A DNA stretch of 64,000 nucleotides from Patescibacteria group bacterium. GTDB lineage: Bacteria; Patescibacteriota; WWE3; UBA101185; UBA10185. Below the pieces are notes generated by a model. The model saw only the letters and a list, made by a program, of their open reading frames with translations. It did not search any database and was not told the origin of the DNA. This document shows positions 1 through 9,067 of this stretch, piece by piece (position 1 is the stretch's first letter; the number at the start of each line of letters is the position of its first letter). Where the stretch lies: contig JBMORU010000001.1 of assembly GCA_049322215.1 (NCBI GenBank), forward strand, positions 194,327 to 258,326, given 5' to 3'. Made by a program: the position numbers and the translations under genes.

Positions 1-121
1 AGTTATAAGTTTTTTAAGTTTCTTTTCTTGAAGCTTTTGTTGCTGTTTAGGGGTTAGTTCTTTTTTTTGTTTTTTACTAGTTGCAGACTTTTCAGTTGTA
101 TTATTTTTTTTAGTTTTTGCC
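1..121 (-). CDS. N-terminal fragment of a gene running off the window (MAKTKKNNTTEKSATSKKQKKELTPKQQQKL...); possibly sigma-70 RpoD by dnaG-rpoD synteny
   Basis: ATG at 119-121 (minus) 22 nt downstream of dnaG stop; lysine-rich N-terminus; open frame continues to window edge. Product assignment is synteny-based only. Confidence 0.35.
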
Positions 122-143
122 ATAGTTAATATATTCTTTAAAA

Positions 144-1913
144 TTATACAAGTTTTTCGGAAAGTTCACTAAATTTTTTAGACAGTTCCATTAACAACAC
201 TTTATCATTTTCTAATTCTGCCTGTTTTATTTTCGAACTTATTTCCGTTAATTCTCTCTTAACAGTTTCTTTTTTTATACGATTAAATACTAAGTCTAAC
301 TCCCGTAGTAACAAAGTACTATTGTCATTTAATATACCCAAATCCCACATATACATATTAACGACAAGATCTTTTGTTTCGCTATCAAATTTGTTACTAA
401 AGGAATTAATATTGAAGGCTCTTTTTCTACCAAGTAAATAGTTTTTGAGATTTATAAAAATATTCTCCAGTATTGGATTAGTGAAGTCCTTCTGTCCAAG
501 CTTATACAATAGGGTTTGGGCACTGTCAAGAGGAGCTTTTAGTAACAAAGCTAACATATACTCCTGAGTAGATTTCTTTGACAACATATATTGTGATTTG
601 CCTAACTCCTTTTGCTTTTTAGATTTAATTTTAGACTCATCTATTTCTCCTTTTTTTATCATATTCCTAACAGTAGGCTCTGTTATATCTAACACTTCGG
701 ATAAATGTTTAACATAGTGATCAAAATCAACAGGACTGGAAATTTTAGAATATAAAGGAATAAGCTCTTCCATGATTTTCTTTTTACCTATAGAACTATG
801 CCTGTTATTTTTCTTTAACGTTGCATGTAAGAAAAAATCATACACAGGAACAGCGTCTTTAAAAATAGAAGATACTTTAGAACTATCGGCATGAACAAAC
901 TCATCTAAATCTTTGTATTCATCAGGAATTAAAGCTACTTTTACATTAAAACCTTCCTTTTCTGCCATAGGAACTGCCCTTATTATGGCCTCACGGCCGG
1001 CATTGTCGTTATCAAAGCATAAAGTTACATCTTTTGTGTACCTCGATAGCACTTTAAGCTGCCCTATAGTTAAAGAAGTACCTAAAGGCGCCACCACGTT
1101 TTTTACACCAATTTCGTATGCTGAAATAACATCTAAAGGCCCTTCTACTAAAATAGCGCCGTTTTTCTTTATTTCAATTTTTGCTTTATCTAGTCCAAAA
1201 AGTAGAGCACTTTTAATGAAAATGGGGGTTTCACTAGTATTAATATACTTTGGATCTTCGTTAAAAATGGTCCTTGCTGTGTAGCCAACTACTCTTCCTG
1301 AAGGATCACTAATAGGAAACATTACACGCCCTCTAAACTTATCTATAAAACCCTCGCCGGAGCGTTTTTTCATTACTAAACCTGCAGAAAGCATATCTTT
1401 TGCTGTAAATTTTTTTGAAGACAATGTTTTAAAAAGGCTATCCCAAGTTTTTGGGGCATACCCAATTTTAAATTCCTTTATTGTGACATCACTTAGCCCG
1501 CGTTCTTTTTTTACATATGTTAGAGCTTCTTTTCCCACCTTATGCTTAGTTAATAAATAGTAGTAAAAAGCTGTCGCTACATGATTAATTTCATAAAGTA
1601 TTTCTTTACTGTTTTTTTGCGGATCTATGTTTTTTTTATCTAACTTAACACCAGCTTTTTCGGCCAATAATTCTAATGCCTGACTAAATTCGACACCTTC
1701 AATTTTTTGAATAAAGTTGAAAATATCGCCTGCTTCATTACAACCAAAACACTTAAACATTTGTAGTTCGGGTGAAACCATGAAAGAAGGCGTATCTTCA
1801 GAATGAAACGGACAAACAGCTTTGTAGTTTCTACCTGCTTTTTTTAAAGAGATATATTCGGCAATAAGATCTTCAATATTTATTTTTTGTTTGATTTCGG
1901 CTATTGAATCCAT
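144..1913 (-). CDS. dnaG: DNA primase DnaG
   Basis: N-terminal CHC2 zinc finger (CPFHSEDTPSF...FKCFGC), central Toprim region (EGPLDVISAYEIG, DNDNAG), 589 aa. Confidence 0.9.
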   Translation of the reverse strand: MDSIAEIKQKINIEDLIAEYISLKKAGRNYKAVCPFHSEDTPSFMVSPELQMFKCFGCNEAGDIFNFIQKIEGVEFSQALELLAEKAGVKLDKKNIDPQKNSKEILYEINHVATAFYYYLLTKHKVGKEALTYVKKERGLSDVTIKEFKIGYAPKTWDSLFKTLSSKKFTAKDMLSAGLVMKKRSGEGFIDKFRGRVMFPISDPSGRVVGYTARTIFNEDPKYINTSETPIFIKSALLFGLDKAKIEIKKNGAILVEGPLDVISAYEIGVKNVVAPLGTSLTIGQLKVLSRYTKDVTLCFDNDNAGREAIIRAVPMAEKEGFNVKVALIPDEYKDLDEFVHADSSKVSSIFKDAVPVYDFFLHATLKKNNRHSSIGKKKIMEELIPLYSKISSPVDFDHYVKHLSEVLDITEPTVRNMIKKGEIDESKIKSKKQKELGKSQYMLSKKSTQEYMLALLLKAPLDSAQTLLYKLGQKDFTNPILENIFINLKNYLLGRKRAFNINSFSNKFDSETKDLVVNMYMWDLGILNDNSTLLLRELDLVFNRIKKETVKRELTEISSKIKQAELENDKVLLMELSKKFSELSEKLV

Positions 1914-1974
1914 AGACTTAGTTTATATTCTGTATAGCAAAAACAATCAGCTATAACAATTAAGTGAGTAAAAG

Positions 1975-2340
1975 TTATTTTTCAACAACACAGTCAGCAG
2001 GACAAGATTCAACTGTTTCGGCACAAGGACATCCTGTTCCCAAACAAACTATTTCTTGGCATGTATTGTCGCCACAAAGATTTTCACAAATGTCAGAGGG
2101 TATATCTGATATATCTGCGGGAGGTACTACTTTTGGAGCACTAAGATCAGTAAAAGTTCTACCATCTGGCGTAGTGCATATTGGAGGATATATTAACAAT
2201 GTTTCATAACCCGCTGAAATGCAGGATTCGTAACTGTTTACATTAGCTAGTTTTTTGTTTGTATATACATTGAAAGTTAAAAAAGACACACAAAAAAGTA
2301 AAATAGCGAAAGATAAAGAAAGAATAAGGAATTTAGACAT
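1975..2340 (-). CDS. hypothetical secreted cysteine-rich protein
   Basis: N-terminal signal peptide/TM (FLILSLSFAILLFCVSFL), 14 Cys in 121 aa; no recognisable family. Confidence 0.45.
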   Translation of the reverse strand: MSKFLILSLSFAILLFCVSFLTFNVYTNKKLANVNSYESCISAGYETLLIYPPICTTPDGRTFTDLSAPKVVPPADISDIPSDICENLCGDNTCQEIVCLGTGCPCAETVESCPADCVVEK

Positions 2341-2360
2341 TTGGTAAATAATAACATATG

Positions 2361-2450
2361 TGGCGGAGGGAGGGGGATTTGAACCCCCGTGCCGCTTGCG
2401 CAGCGCGTCGCTTTCCAGGCGAGCCGATTAGACCGCTCTCGCATCCCTCC
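2361..2450 (-). tRNA. tRNA-Ser (anticodon GGA), 90 nt, long variable arm
   Basis: Minus-strand read GGAGGGATGCGAGAGCGGTCTAATCGGCTCGCCTGGAAAGCGAC...GGGGGTTCAAATCCCCCTCCCTCCGCCA: 7-bp acceptor, D arm CGA/TCG, anticodon loop CUGGAAA, long extra arm, T arm GGGGG/CCCCC, encoded CCA. Confidence 0.8.
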
Positions 2451-2473
2451 ACAACGGGACTGAGTATACCAAA

Positions 2474-2869
2474 CTATATTTTGCAATTACACTCTTTATC
2501 TTTATTCAATAACACTGCAGCAGGTTTATAAAGCTTACTTCTGTTTTTGGCTACCCAAGTATAAACAGCTTCTGAAAAACGCGCAAAAGGCTTAACTTTT
2601 GTATACATCCAGGAAAATGGGTTGTAGGGATGATAAACAGAATACAAAGTATAAACAGCTTCTGCCCCTGAATAAACTTGTCCATCAACCCCTATTAATT
2701 TAACAGCATGTGCAAAATCTTCTTTACTAATATGTGGGTATAGGGCAGCCACTGCCTGATAAGGAGAAAAGGCTACTTTGTTATTACTATCTTTTTGCCA
2801 CTTTTCCACCCAAAGCTTGCAAAAAGCACATTCATCATCATAAATTAAGTGCGGTTTTTCAGTGTTCAT
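2474..2869 (-). CDS. DCC-family (DUF393) thiol-disulfide oxidoreductase-like protein
   Basis: N-terminal IYDDECAFC CxxC motif typical of DUF393/DCC; 131 aa. Confidence 0.55.
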   Translation of the reverse strand: MNTEKPHLIYDDECAFCKLWVEKWQKDSNNKVAFSPYQAVAALYPHISKEDFAHAVKLIGVDGQVYSGAEAVYTLYSVYHPYNPFSWMYTKVKPFARFSEAVYTWVAKNRSKLYKPAAVLLNKDKECNCKI

Positions 2870-2886
2870 ATAAATATATTACACCT

Positions 2887-2977
2887 TGGCGGAGGGAGGG
2901 GGATTCGAACCCCCGTGTCACTTGCGCAACGCTTGGTTTTCGAGACCAGCCCGTTATGACCACTTCGGTATCCCTCC
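2887..2977 (-). tRNA. tRNA-Ser (anticodon CGA), 91 nt, long variable arm
   Basis: Minus-strand read GGAGGGATACCGAAGTGGTCATAACGGGCTGGTCTCGAAAACCAAG...GGGGGTTCGAATCCCCCTCCCTCCGCCA; anticodon loop CUCGAAA; acceptor and T arm nearly identical to the Ser-GGA gene at 2361..2450. Confidence 0.8.
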
Positions 2978-3186
2978 GTATGGTTTTATACACTGCAACA
3001 TAAATTCTGCCATGAGTCTAGCTCGAAAGTAAAAAAAAACAAAGCGTATTTAAGCTACATAACATCTTAAAAAATAATAATAAATAGTTACTTGACTTCA
3101 AGAATGGCAATCCCGTAGCATATAAATACCAAATATATTTGGCAGGAATCACAAGAATGTTAAGGTTAGATAAACATCCTATAGGG

Positions 3187-3215
3187 TTGACACGCTGCAG
3201 CTAATAAGCTACAAT
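3187..3215 (+). promoter_or_regulatory. sigma-70-like promoter upstream of the 3251 gene
   Basis: TTGACA (3187-3192), 17-nt spacer, TACAAT (3210-3215), about 36 nt before the ATG. Confidence 0.45.
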
Positions 3216-3250
3216 GCTCATTAATATATTGCCTGCCAATATAAAAGCTT

Positions 3251-4273
3251 ATGAAAAAAAGCGAATTTTTAAACAAACCTGTAAAACATATTGATATTAA
3301 GAGTATAAACTCTACTGAAATCATCAACTCCATGGAACACATGGGCTTTACCTCCCGCGATTTAGCACGAGCCACTAAAATTTACTGCAAAATGCTAAGA
3401 GAAAAAGACTGCACCATAGCTCTTACGTTAGCCGGTAGTACTAGCGCAGCTGGTTGTATGGACATTTACACAGATTTAGTAAAAAACAACATGATAGATG
3501 TAATAGTTGCTACAGGAGCAAGCATAGTAGATATGGACTTTTTCGAAGCACTTGGTTTTAAACACTATCAAGGAACTCAAGATGCAGATGATGCTCAACT
3601 AAGAGATTTATATATTGACAGAATTTACGACACCTACATAAACGAAGAAGAACTACAAAAATGCGATGCCACTATAAAAGATATAGCAAACTCTTTAGAA
3701 CCAAGACCCTACTCTTCGAGAGAATTTATTAAAGAAATGGGTAAATGGTTAACGAAAAATGCAAAAAAGAAAAATTCTTTGGTAGAAACAGCTTATAAGC
3801 ACAATGTGCCAATATTTTGCCCTGCTTTTTCAGACAGTAGTGCCGGATTTGGATTAGTAGAACATCAGGTACAAAACCCTAATAACCATTTAACTATAGA
3901 TTCAGTAAAAGATTTTAGAGAACTTACAGAAATAAAAATGAATGCAAAAACCAGTGGAATGTTAATGATTGGTGGTGGTGTACCTAAAAACTTCTGGCAA
4001 GACACTGTAGTTTGCGCAGAAATCTTAGGAAAAGAAGTTCCTATGCATAAATATGCAATTCAAATAACCGTTGCCGACGTAAGAGATGGCGCATGCTCTA
4101 GTTCTACATTAAAAGAGGCTCAATCATGGGGTAAAGTTGATACTACTTATGAGCAAATGGTTTATGCTGAGGCAACATCGGTATTACCTTTGCTTGCAAG
4201 CTATGCTTACCACAATGTAGATCATGAAAACCGTAAAAAACACGAGTGGGCAAAGCTTTTTGATAAAAAATAG
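3251..4273 (+). CDS. deoxyhypusine synthase-like protein
   Basis: 340 aa; glycine-rich MLMIGGGVPKNF motif and overall layout resemble the deoxyhypusine synthase family; assignment by recall, not alignment. Confidence 0.5.
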   Translation: MKKSEFLNKPVKHIDIKSINSTEIINSMEHMGFTSRDLARATKIYCKMLREKDCTIALTLAGSTSAAGCMDIYTDLVKNNMIDVIVATGASIVDMDFFEALGFKHYQGTQDADDAQLRDLYIDRIYDTYINEEELQKCDATIKDIANSLEPRPYSSREFIKEMGKWLTKNAKKKNSLVETAYKHNVPIFCPAFSDSSAGFGLVEHQVQNPNNHLTIDSVKDFRELTEIKMNAKTSGMLMIGGGVPKNFWQDTVVCAEILGKEVPMHKYAIQITVADVRDGACSSSTLKEAQSWGKVDTTYEQMVYAEATSVLPLLASYAYHNVDHENRKKHEWAKLFDKK

Positions 4274-4282
4274 TGCCTATTA

Positions 4283-5989
4283 CTAGTGATCCGCCCAATG
4301 TGCTGGGTGATTATGTCCTAATTCTTTTCTTTCCTTCAAATATGCAACATGTTTATCTTTTTCTGCAGTAAAACGATCAATATTAAACCAATGCTCTGCT
4401 GCAAGCATAGCTGCAAAATGCCCTCCAATAAAATGAGGCAATATTACATAAGAGGCACCTTTTTCATAAAGCTTTAGCGCTTCATCAATATCGTGGCATA
4501 TTGAAATAATTATTACATCTTCATTCAAGGGCCGTATTTTTGAAATTAGATATTCATTCGTTTCATATTCAGGAATAGTAGATATAACCATTTTGGTTTT
4601 CTCTAAGTTTAAGGAATCTAAAAATTCTCCATCTTCAGCATCACCATAACGGGCATTTATTCCTGTTTTAGACATTTCCGCAACTAAGTCAGGATCAAAA
4701 TCAACAACTAAAAAGCTTTGTCCAAGCTTATTAAATAGTTTTACAAAATCGTATCCAACACGATGTGCTCCAAATAAAACTACTTCATAAGAAGAAAGTA
4801 TGTCAGATTCAGATATAATTTTTTTACGTTCAAAAATACCTAAATATGGAGCAAATAGTGGGTACAGTTTTTCAGAATACATTATTAAGTAGGTTGAAGC
4901 TGCAATTGTGATAATGGCGAGCAAAGTTATAAGAGACAGCACATCGTTATTTATATGACCAACTTCTTTTCCTAATAAAACCAAAATCAGGGAAAATTCA
5001 CTTACTTGCGCCATAGCTAACCCCGATTGAAAACTTGTTTTTCGGTTATAGCCTAAAGCACCCATTAAAGCAAAAATTATTACGGGTTCTACAATTAACA
5101 CAAACACAGATAATACTATAATTGGCCACAATAAGGTTGAAATGCTGTCAAAAGTTAAACTAGATCCTAAAAACACAAAAAACATTATTATGAAGAAATC
5201 ACGTAAAGGTTTAAGTTTAGAGCTGATTTCATGACTATAGGGAGAAACAGATAAAGCTACACCTGCGACTAATGCCCCAATTTCGACCGAGAAGCCGATA
5301 AAATTAAATAAAGAGGCTAATCCAAATCCCCAACCTATTGAAAACAAAAATAAAAATTCTTGAGATTTTGCAAAAAAAGTACTTAACTTTGGAAGAGCAT
5401 AAATACTAATTAAAATTAAAAACGCTCCAATTGCTATACCCTTTAATAACAACAAAAAAGCTAAGTAACCCGCATTTCCACTGGCAGAAGTTGCTGACAC
5501 AAAGATTAGGGCAAATGTAGCAACGATATCTTGCACCAAAAGTAAACCAACAGAAATTTTCCCATATAATTTGTCAATATCACGTTTGTCCGATAAAAAC
5601 TTTAAAACAATAATTGTACTACTAAAAGTTACCGCAGCGGCAATGTATAAAGCTTCCACAGTAGAATAGTTAAAGGCTTTGGCAGCTAAAAATCCCAAAA
5701 AGGATGTGACAAATATTTGCCCTACTCCTGCTATTAAAGCTACCCTACCTACTTCTCTGGCAACTTTAGGACTTAAATGTAAACCTACAATAAAAAGCAA
5801 AATAGAAACTCCGAATTCAGAAAAAACTTCTATAGTTTCTTGGGAGTGCACAAAACCAAAAAATAAAGGCCCTACTATTAAACCGGTTAATATGTAACCC
5901 ATTACAAGCGGTTGTTTAAATAACCGCATCCAAGCAGCTATAACAGTAGCAATAACAAGTAATAGGCTTATTTCTAAAAATATCGACAT
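4283..5989 (-). CDS. Kef-type monovalent cation:proton antiporter (CPA2) with C-terminal RCK/TrkA-N domain
   Basis: About 12 TM helices followed by a Rossmann-like VVLFGAHRVGYDFVKLFNKLGQSFLVVDFD segment. Confidence 0.8.
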   Translation of the reverse strand: MSIFLEISLLLVIATVIAAWMRLFKQPLVMGYILTGLIVGPLFFGFVHSQETIEVFSEFGVSILLFIVGLHLSPKVAREVGRVALIAGVGQIFVTSFLGFLAAKAFNYSTVEALYIAAAVTFSSTIIVLKFLSDKRDIDKLYGKISVGLLLVQDIVATFALIFVSATSASGNAGYLAFLLLLKGIAIGAFLILISIYALPKLSTFFAKSQEFLFLFSIGWGFGLASLFNFIGFSVEIGALVAGVALSVSPYSHEISSKLKPLRDFFIIMFFVFLGSSLTFDSISTLLWPIIVLSVFVLIVEPVIIFALMGALGYNRKTSFQSGLAMAQVSEFSLILVLLGKEVGHINNDVLSLITLLAIITIAASTYLIMYSEKLYPLFAPYLGIFERKKIISESDILSSYEVVLFGAHRVGYDFVKLFNKLGQSFLVVDFDPDLVAEMSKTGINARYGDAEDGEFLDSLNLEKTKMVISTIPEYETNEYLISKIRPLNEDVIIISICHDIDEALKLYEKGASYVILPHFIGGHFAAMLAAEHWFNIDRFTAEKDKHVAYLKERKELGHNHPAHWADH

Positions 5990-6088
5990 AGGCAGTTGTT
6001 ACTAATAATATCAAAAAAATGAGGCCTTTATTCATAATTGGTAAAATTACGAATAAGACCTCAAGTAAAATATAACCGTTAGCTTAAG

Positions 6089-7012
6089 TTAAACACGTTC
6101 TTTTGTATTTTGACTTGTCCCTCTACGCGCCTTAATGCGAAAATAAGCACGCATAAAGATAAACACTGCCGCTAACAAACCTAAACCCGACGCCCAAACA
6201 CTAAGTTTAAACGAAGTTTTTTGCGCCTCAGGAGCTAACAGGTATTGAACTTCGTAGATATCTGCCATGTCAGGGTCGCCCGCTTCGTTGTACACTAAAC
6301 CCTCTTGAGCAATAATGTTGTACTCTACTTGCGTCCAGGCAACATCAAAGGCCAAGTCGGTGGGAAGCTCTGCACTCAACTCGGCAACGATAGTGTTTTC
6401 ATCCCGTAAATTTGGAAAATCACGGTTGGTGTCGTAGCGAGTACCTGTTTTTGGATCTAAACCAAGTGCCTCTAACTCAGCAGCAAACTTTTCAGCGCCG
6501 CCGTGTCTCTTCAATAAACTCAACCAAAGTTCTTCATACTTTGAATTACGTAACATTGAAGTGAGATCAAGGCAATGGCGGGGCACCCATTTACGGTACT
6601 CCACTAAGTAACCTCTATCCCACACTGGTTGGCCGCTGTCATCCATATTTGGGGGAGCATCAATCATACGAGCTCTTTGACCATTAAGCGCTGCTGGCGG
6701 ATCATCGGTATCAGCTTGAATCAGCACGATGTTACCAACTGTGCGAGCAAACACCTTTGTTGGGCGCGCAAACGTACCGGGCCCCCACTGCTGGTATTCT
6801 TGTCTTCCGCATTTGGTACTTTCTTGCACCGAAATGTTTCCAGCCCGCGACAAAGCGTTGAAAAAATCATACGCCACGGGCATAATGCGTCGAACATCAA
6901 GGTAGTTTTGTGCCATTGCAGTTTTTCGTGTACCCTGAGTGTTTAAACCCAAAGTCAGTAGCATAAATGCTAAGACCAAGGCAAAAACCACTCGTGTTTT
7001 TTTAGAGAACAT
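6089..7012 (-). CDS. hypothetical secreted protein with C-terminal TM anchor; compositionally atypical (G+C-rich)
   Basis: Signal peptide MFSKKTRVVFALVLAFMLLTLG; C-terminal hydrophobic helix plus basic tail (GLGLLAAVFIFMRAYFRIKARR); DNA visibly more G+C-rich than neighbours. Confidence 0.5.
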   Translation of the reverse strand: MFSKKTRVVFALVLAFMLLTLGLNTQGTRKTAMAQNYLDVRRIMPVAYDFFNALSRAGNISVQESTKCGRQEYQQWGPGTFARPTKVFARTVGNIVLIQADTDDPPAALNGQRARMIDAPPNMDDSGQPVWDRGYLVEYRKWVPRHCLDLTSMLRNSKYEELWLSLLKRHGGAEKFAAELEALGLDPKTGTRYDTNRDFPNLRDENTIVAELSAELPTDLAFDVAWTQVEYNIIAQEGLVYNEAGDPDMADIYEVQYLLAPEAQKTSFKLSVWASGLGLLAAVFIFMRAYFRIKARRGTSQNTKERV

Positions 7013-7090
7013 AATCTACTCCTTGTTTTGTTGTATTTGTATGAATCTCTGGGTTTTAACCAGCATTAATTATACCATTACTATAGGACA

Positions 7091-8455
7091 TTATAAAGCT
7101 CTAAGTTCACCGGTTTTACCATTTAAAACAACATTGTCACCGCTAAAGTTTTGAATAGACTTGTCTAAAACAATGGCAGGAATACCCATTTCTCTAGCTA
7201 CTATAGACCCATGTGACAAAGGGGAACCTACCTTAAACACTAAACCTTTTGCCTTTTTAAATTGCTCAGTAAATGTAGGAGAGGCATTTGGAAAAACCAG
7301 AATATCACCTTTTACAGTATCTTTTACTGAGTTAACTACCTGCAAAGTACCTTTTACAAAACCAGGGGAACAAGGTATGCCAACAAAAGAAAATGGTTCA
7401 ACAGCCTGTAAACTTTGCTCAGGAATATCAGGTAGTTCAGTTAAAACTGTAGGTAAATTTAAATAAGGTCTATACTCTTTTTTACGAAAAACTGCTAAAT
7501 GGTTAGCAGAAGGCAATTTATTTAATTTACCTAATTCATCTAATGTTAAAAATCCAAAATATTTCACGTTGTTTTTATCTGCAAATTCTCTTAAAGAGTC
7601 GTTTAGTAATGACAACATTAAACCAGTTTTTAGTCTCATATTATTTTTGTAGCATTGAAACAAAACTTCAGCTTTAACAGTTTTTGCAATATTTAAAGTT
7701 AAGTCAGGTAACGTAGAAGGAATTAAATTTGCATTTAGCTGCTGACCTAAATATCTACGCTCCTCTCCTAAATAAAAGTCTGATGAAACCTCATGCTCTA
7801 AAAACCTAACTTTGTCATTTAGCAAATAATCATTAGTATTAACATACTCTTGAATTTCTGCATCTTTAGGTACTATTTTTTTATGATTGTTATATGAAAA
7901 AACCAGTTCGTACAAATACGAAACATAAACTACAGATTCGTATAAATCCAAAAAGTCATTAATTGATAACTCGCGTGATTTAAATTTAGATTCTACAGTA
8001 TCGGAAAAATCTTTGTATTGGCTTGATGCTTCTTCAATATATTCTTCAATGTTATTTAGAATTTTTACTTCTATAAATGTTTTATTCAAAAAACCTTTTA
8101 TAGATTTAATTAAATTGCCTTTCACATGAAACTTTAATACAGAATTATTATTAGAAACAACTAAACGATACCCTGAAGCTTCCCAAATTGCTTTATTTTC
8201 TAGTTCAATATCACTATAAACTTGGCCATATATGTTTTTTAAATAAGAAGGGTATTCTTTGGTGGTACCAAGACCAAAGTTTAGCAAAATATTATTGTAA
8301 GGACCGCCTGAATCAAAAATAAGTTTAAGTAAACTAAAAGTTAATGGATTCGCTACCGTGGCAAGTTCACCTACACGACCTGCTACGTAAACACTATTTA
8401 AATTTACAGGGGGTTCCATATCAATTATCATAATTATATGAACTTTAAAACACAA
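7091..8455 (-). CDS. PEP-utilising-enzyme mobile (phosphohistidine swivel) domain protein
   Basis: C-terminal GSPLSHGSIVAREMGIPAIV matches the phosphohistidine swivel motif of PEP synthase/pyruvate phosphate dikinase/rifampin phosphotransferase-like enzymes; N-terminal 350 aa not recognised. Confidence 0.55.
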   Translation of the reverse strand: MCFKVHIIMIIDMEPPVNLNSVYVAGRVGELATVANPLTFSLLKLIFDSGGPYNNILLNFGLGTTKEYPSYLKNIYGQVYSDIELENKAIWEASGYRLVVSNNNSVLKFHVKGNLIKSIKGFLNKTFIEVKILNNIEEYIEEASSQYKDFSDTVESKFKSRELSINDFLDLYESVVYVSYLYELVFSYNNHKKIVPKDAEIQEYVNTNDYLLNDKVRFLEHEVSSDFYLGEERRYLGQQLNANLIPSTLPDLTLNIAKTVKAEVLFQCYKNNMRLKTGLMLSLLNDSLREFADKNNVKYFGFLTLDELGKLNKLPSANHLAVFRKKEYRPYLNLPTVLTELPDIPEQSLQAVEPFSFVGIPCSPGFVKGTLQVVNSVKDTVKGDILVFPNASPTFTEQFKKAKGLVFKVGSPLSHGSIVAREMGIPAIVLDKSIQNFSGDNVVLNGKTGELRAL

Positions 8456-9061
8456 CTAACTGTCGTGATGAGCATACTAACAGGCTCTTTATTTATAGTA
8501 AAGCCCGTGCACGCATTAGTTGTAGGTCCAATATTTGCAATAGGCTTAGTTAAGTTTTGCTTATTTCTTGTTGGAACACTAGCTGCTCCAATAACTACAC
8601 TAATACTTTTCCTTAAAAAAGGGAGTTTTTTAAAAAAACTTTTAATAACACTAACCGTATTAGTAGCAATATTTAGTATTAGTTATTTTCTTTTTAAAAC
8701 CGTTTTTCCCGAACTAAACTTTATTACATACGAATTGGGTAACGTTGATATGATCGAAACGAATACACAGTTTAAAGCTAAACCTATGAACGGCGCAGCC
8801 CCTGCCGGACTAGTGTTAAAAAACTCGTTTACAAAGGTTGAGATAGCAAAAATGGGTATATTTATTGCATTAGTAACAACTCTATTAACAAGCCCCGTAG
8901 TTGGTGTTATGCAAATAATAATGTATTTGGTACAAAAAAAGCACTTGATACTAAAAAAAGTACTATTAACAAGTATTCTTGTAGGTTTAATTTTGGGTAT
9001 AGCAATTTCTTACTTTTTAATGGGAACCATATTACACACAGAAGGCCTACTAACAATTTAA
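8438..9061 (+). CDS. hypothetical polytopic membrane protein
   Basis: 207 aa, 5-6 predicted TM helices; no recognised motif. Confidence 0.4.
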   Translation: MNFKTQLTVVMSILTGSLFIVKPVHALVVGPIFAIGLVKFCLFLVGTLAAPITTLILFLKKGSFLKKLLITLTVLVAIFSISYFLFKTVFPELNFITYELGNVDMIETNTQFKAKPMNGAAPAGLVLKNSFTKVEIAKMGIFIALVTTLLTSPVVGVMQIIMYLVQKKHLILKKVLLTSILVGLILGIAISYFLMGTILHTEGLLTI

Positions 9062-9067
9062 AAATAA

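Noticed and set aside
913-1284. 123-aa plus-strand ORF inside dnaG
   Set aside because: Antisense to a well-supported primase gene; no RBS or motif.
2277-2486. 69-aa minus-strand ORF
   Set aside because: Overlaps the tRNA-Ser(GGA) gene entirely; low-complexity translation.
2734-3003. 89-aa plus-strand ORF
   Set aside because: Antisense to the DCC gene and tRNA-Ser(CGA); no support.
3166-3375. 69-aa minus-strand ORF
   Set aside because: Overlaps the promoter and 5' end of the deoxyhypusine synthase-like gene; hydrophobic junk translation.
5679-7466. Several 70-105-aa ORFs (5679..5897, 6629..6946, 6939..7154, 7161..7466)
   Set aside because: All antisense to or overlapping longer, better-supported genes.
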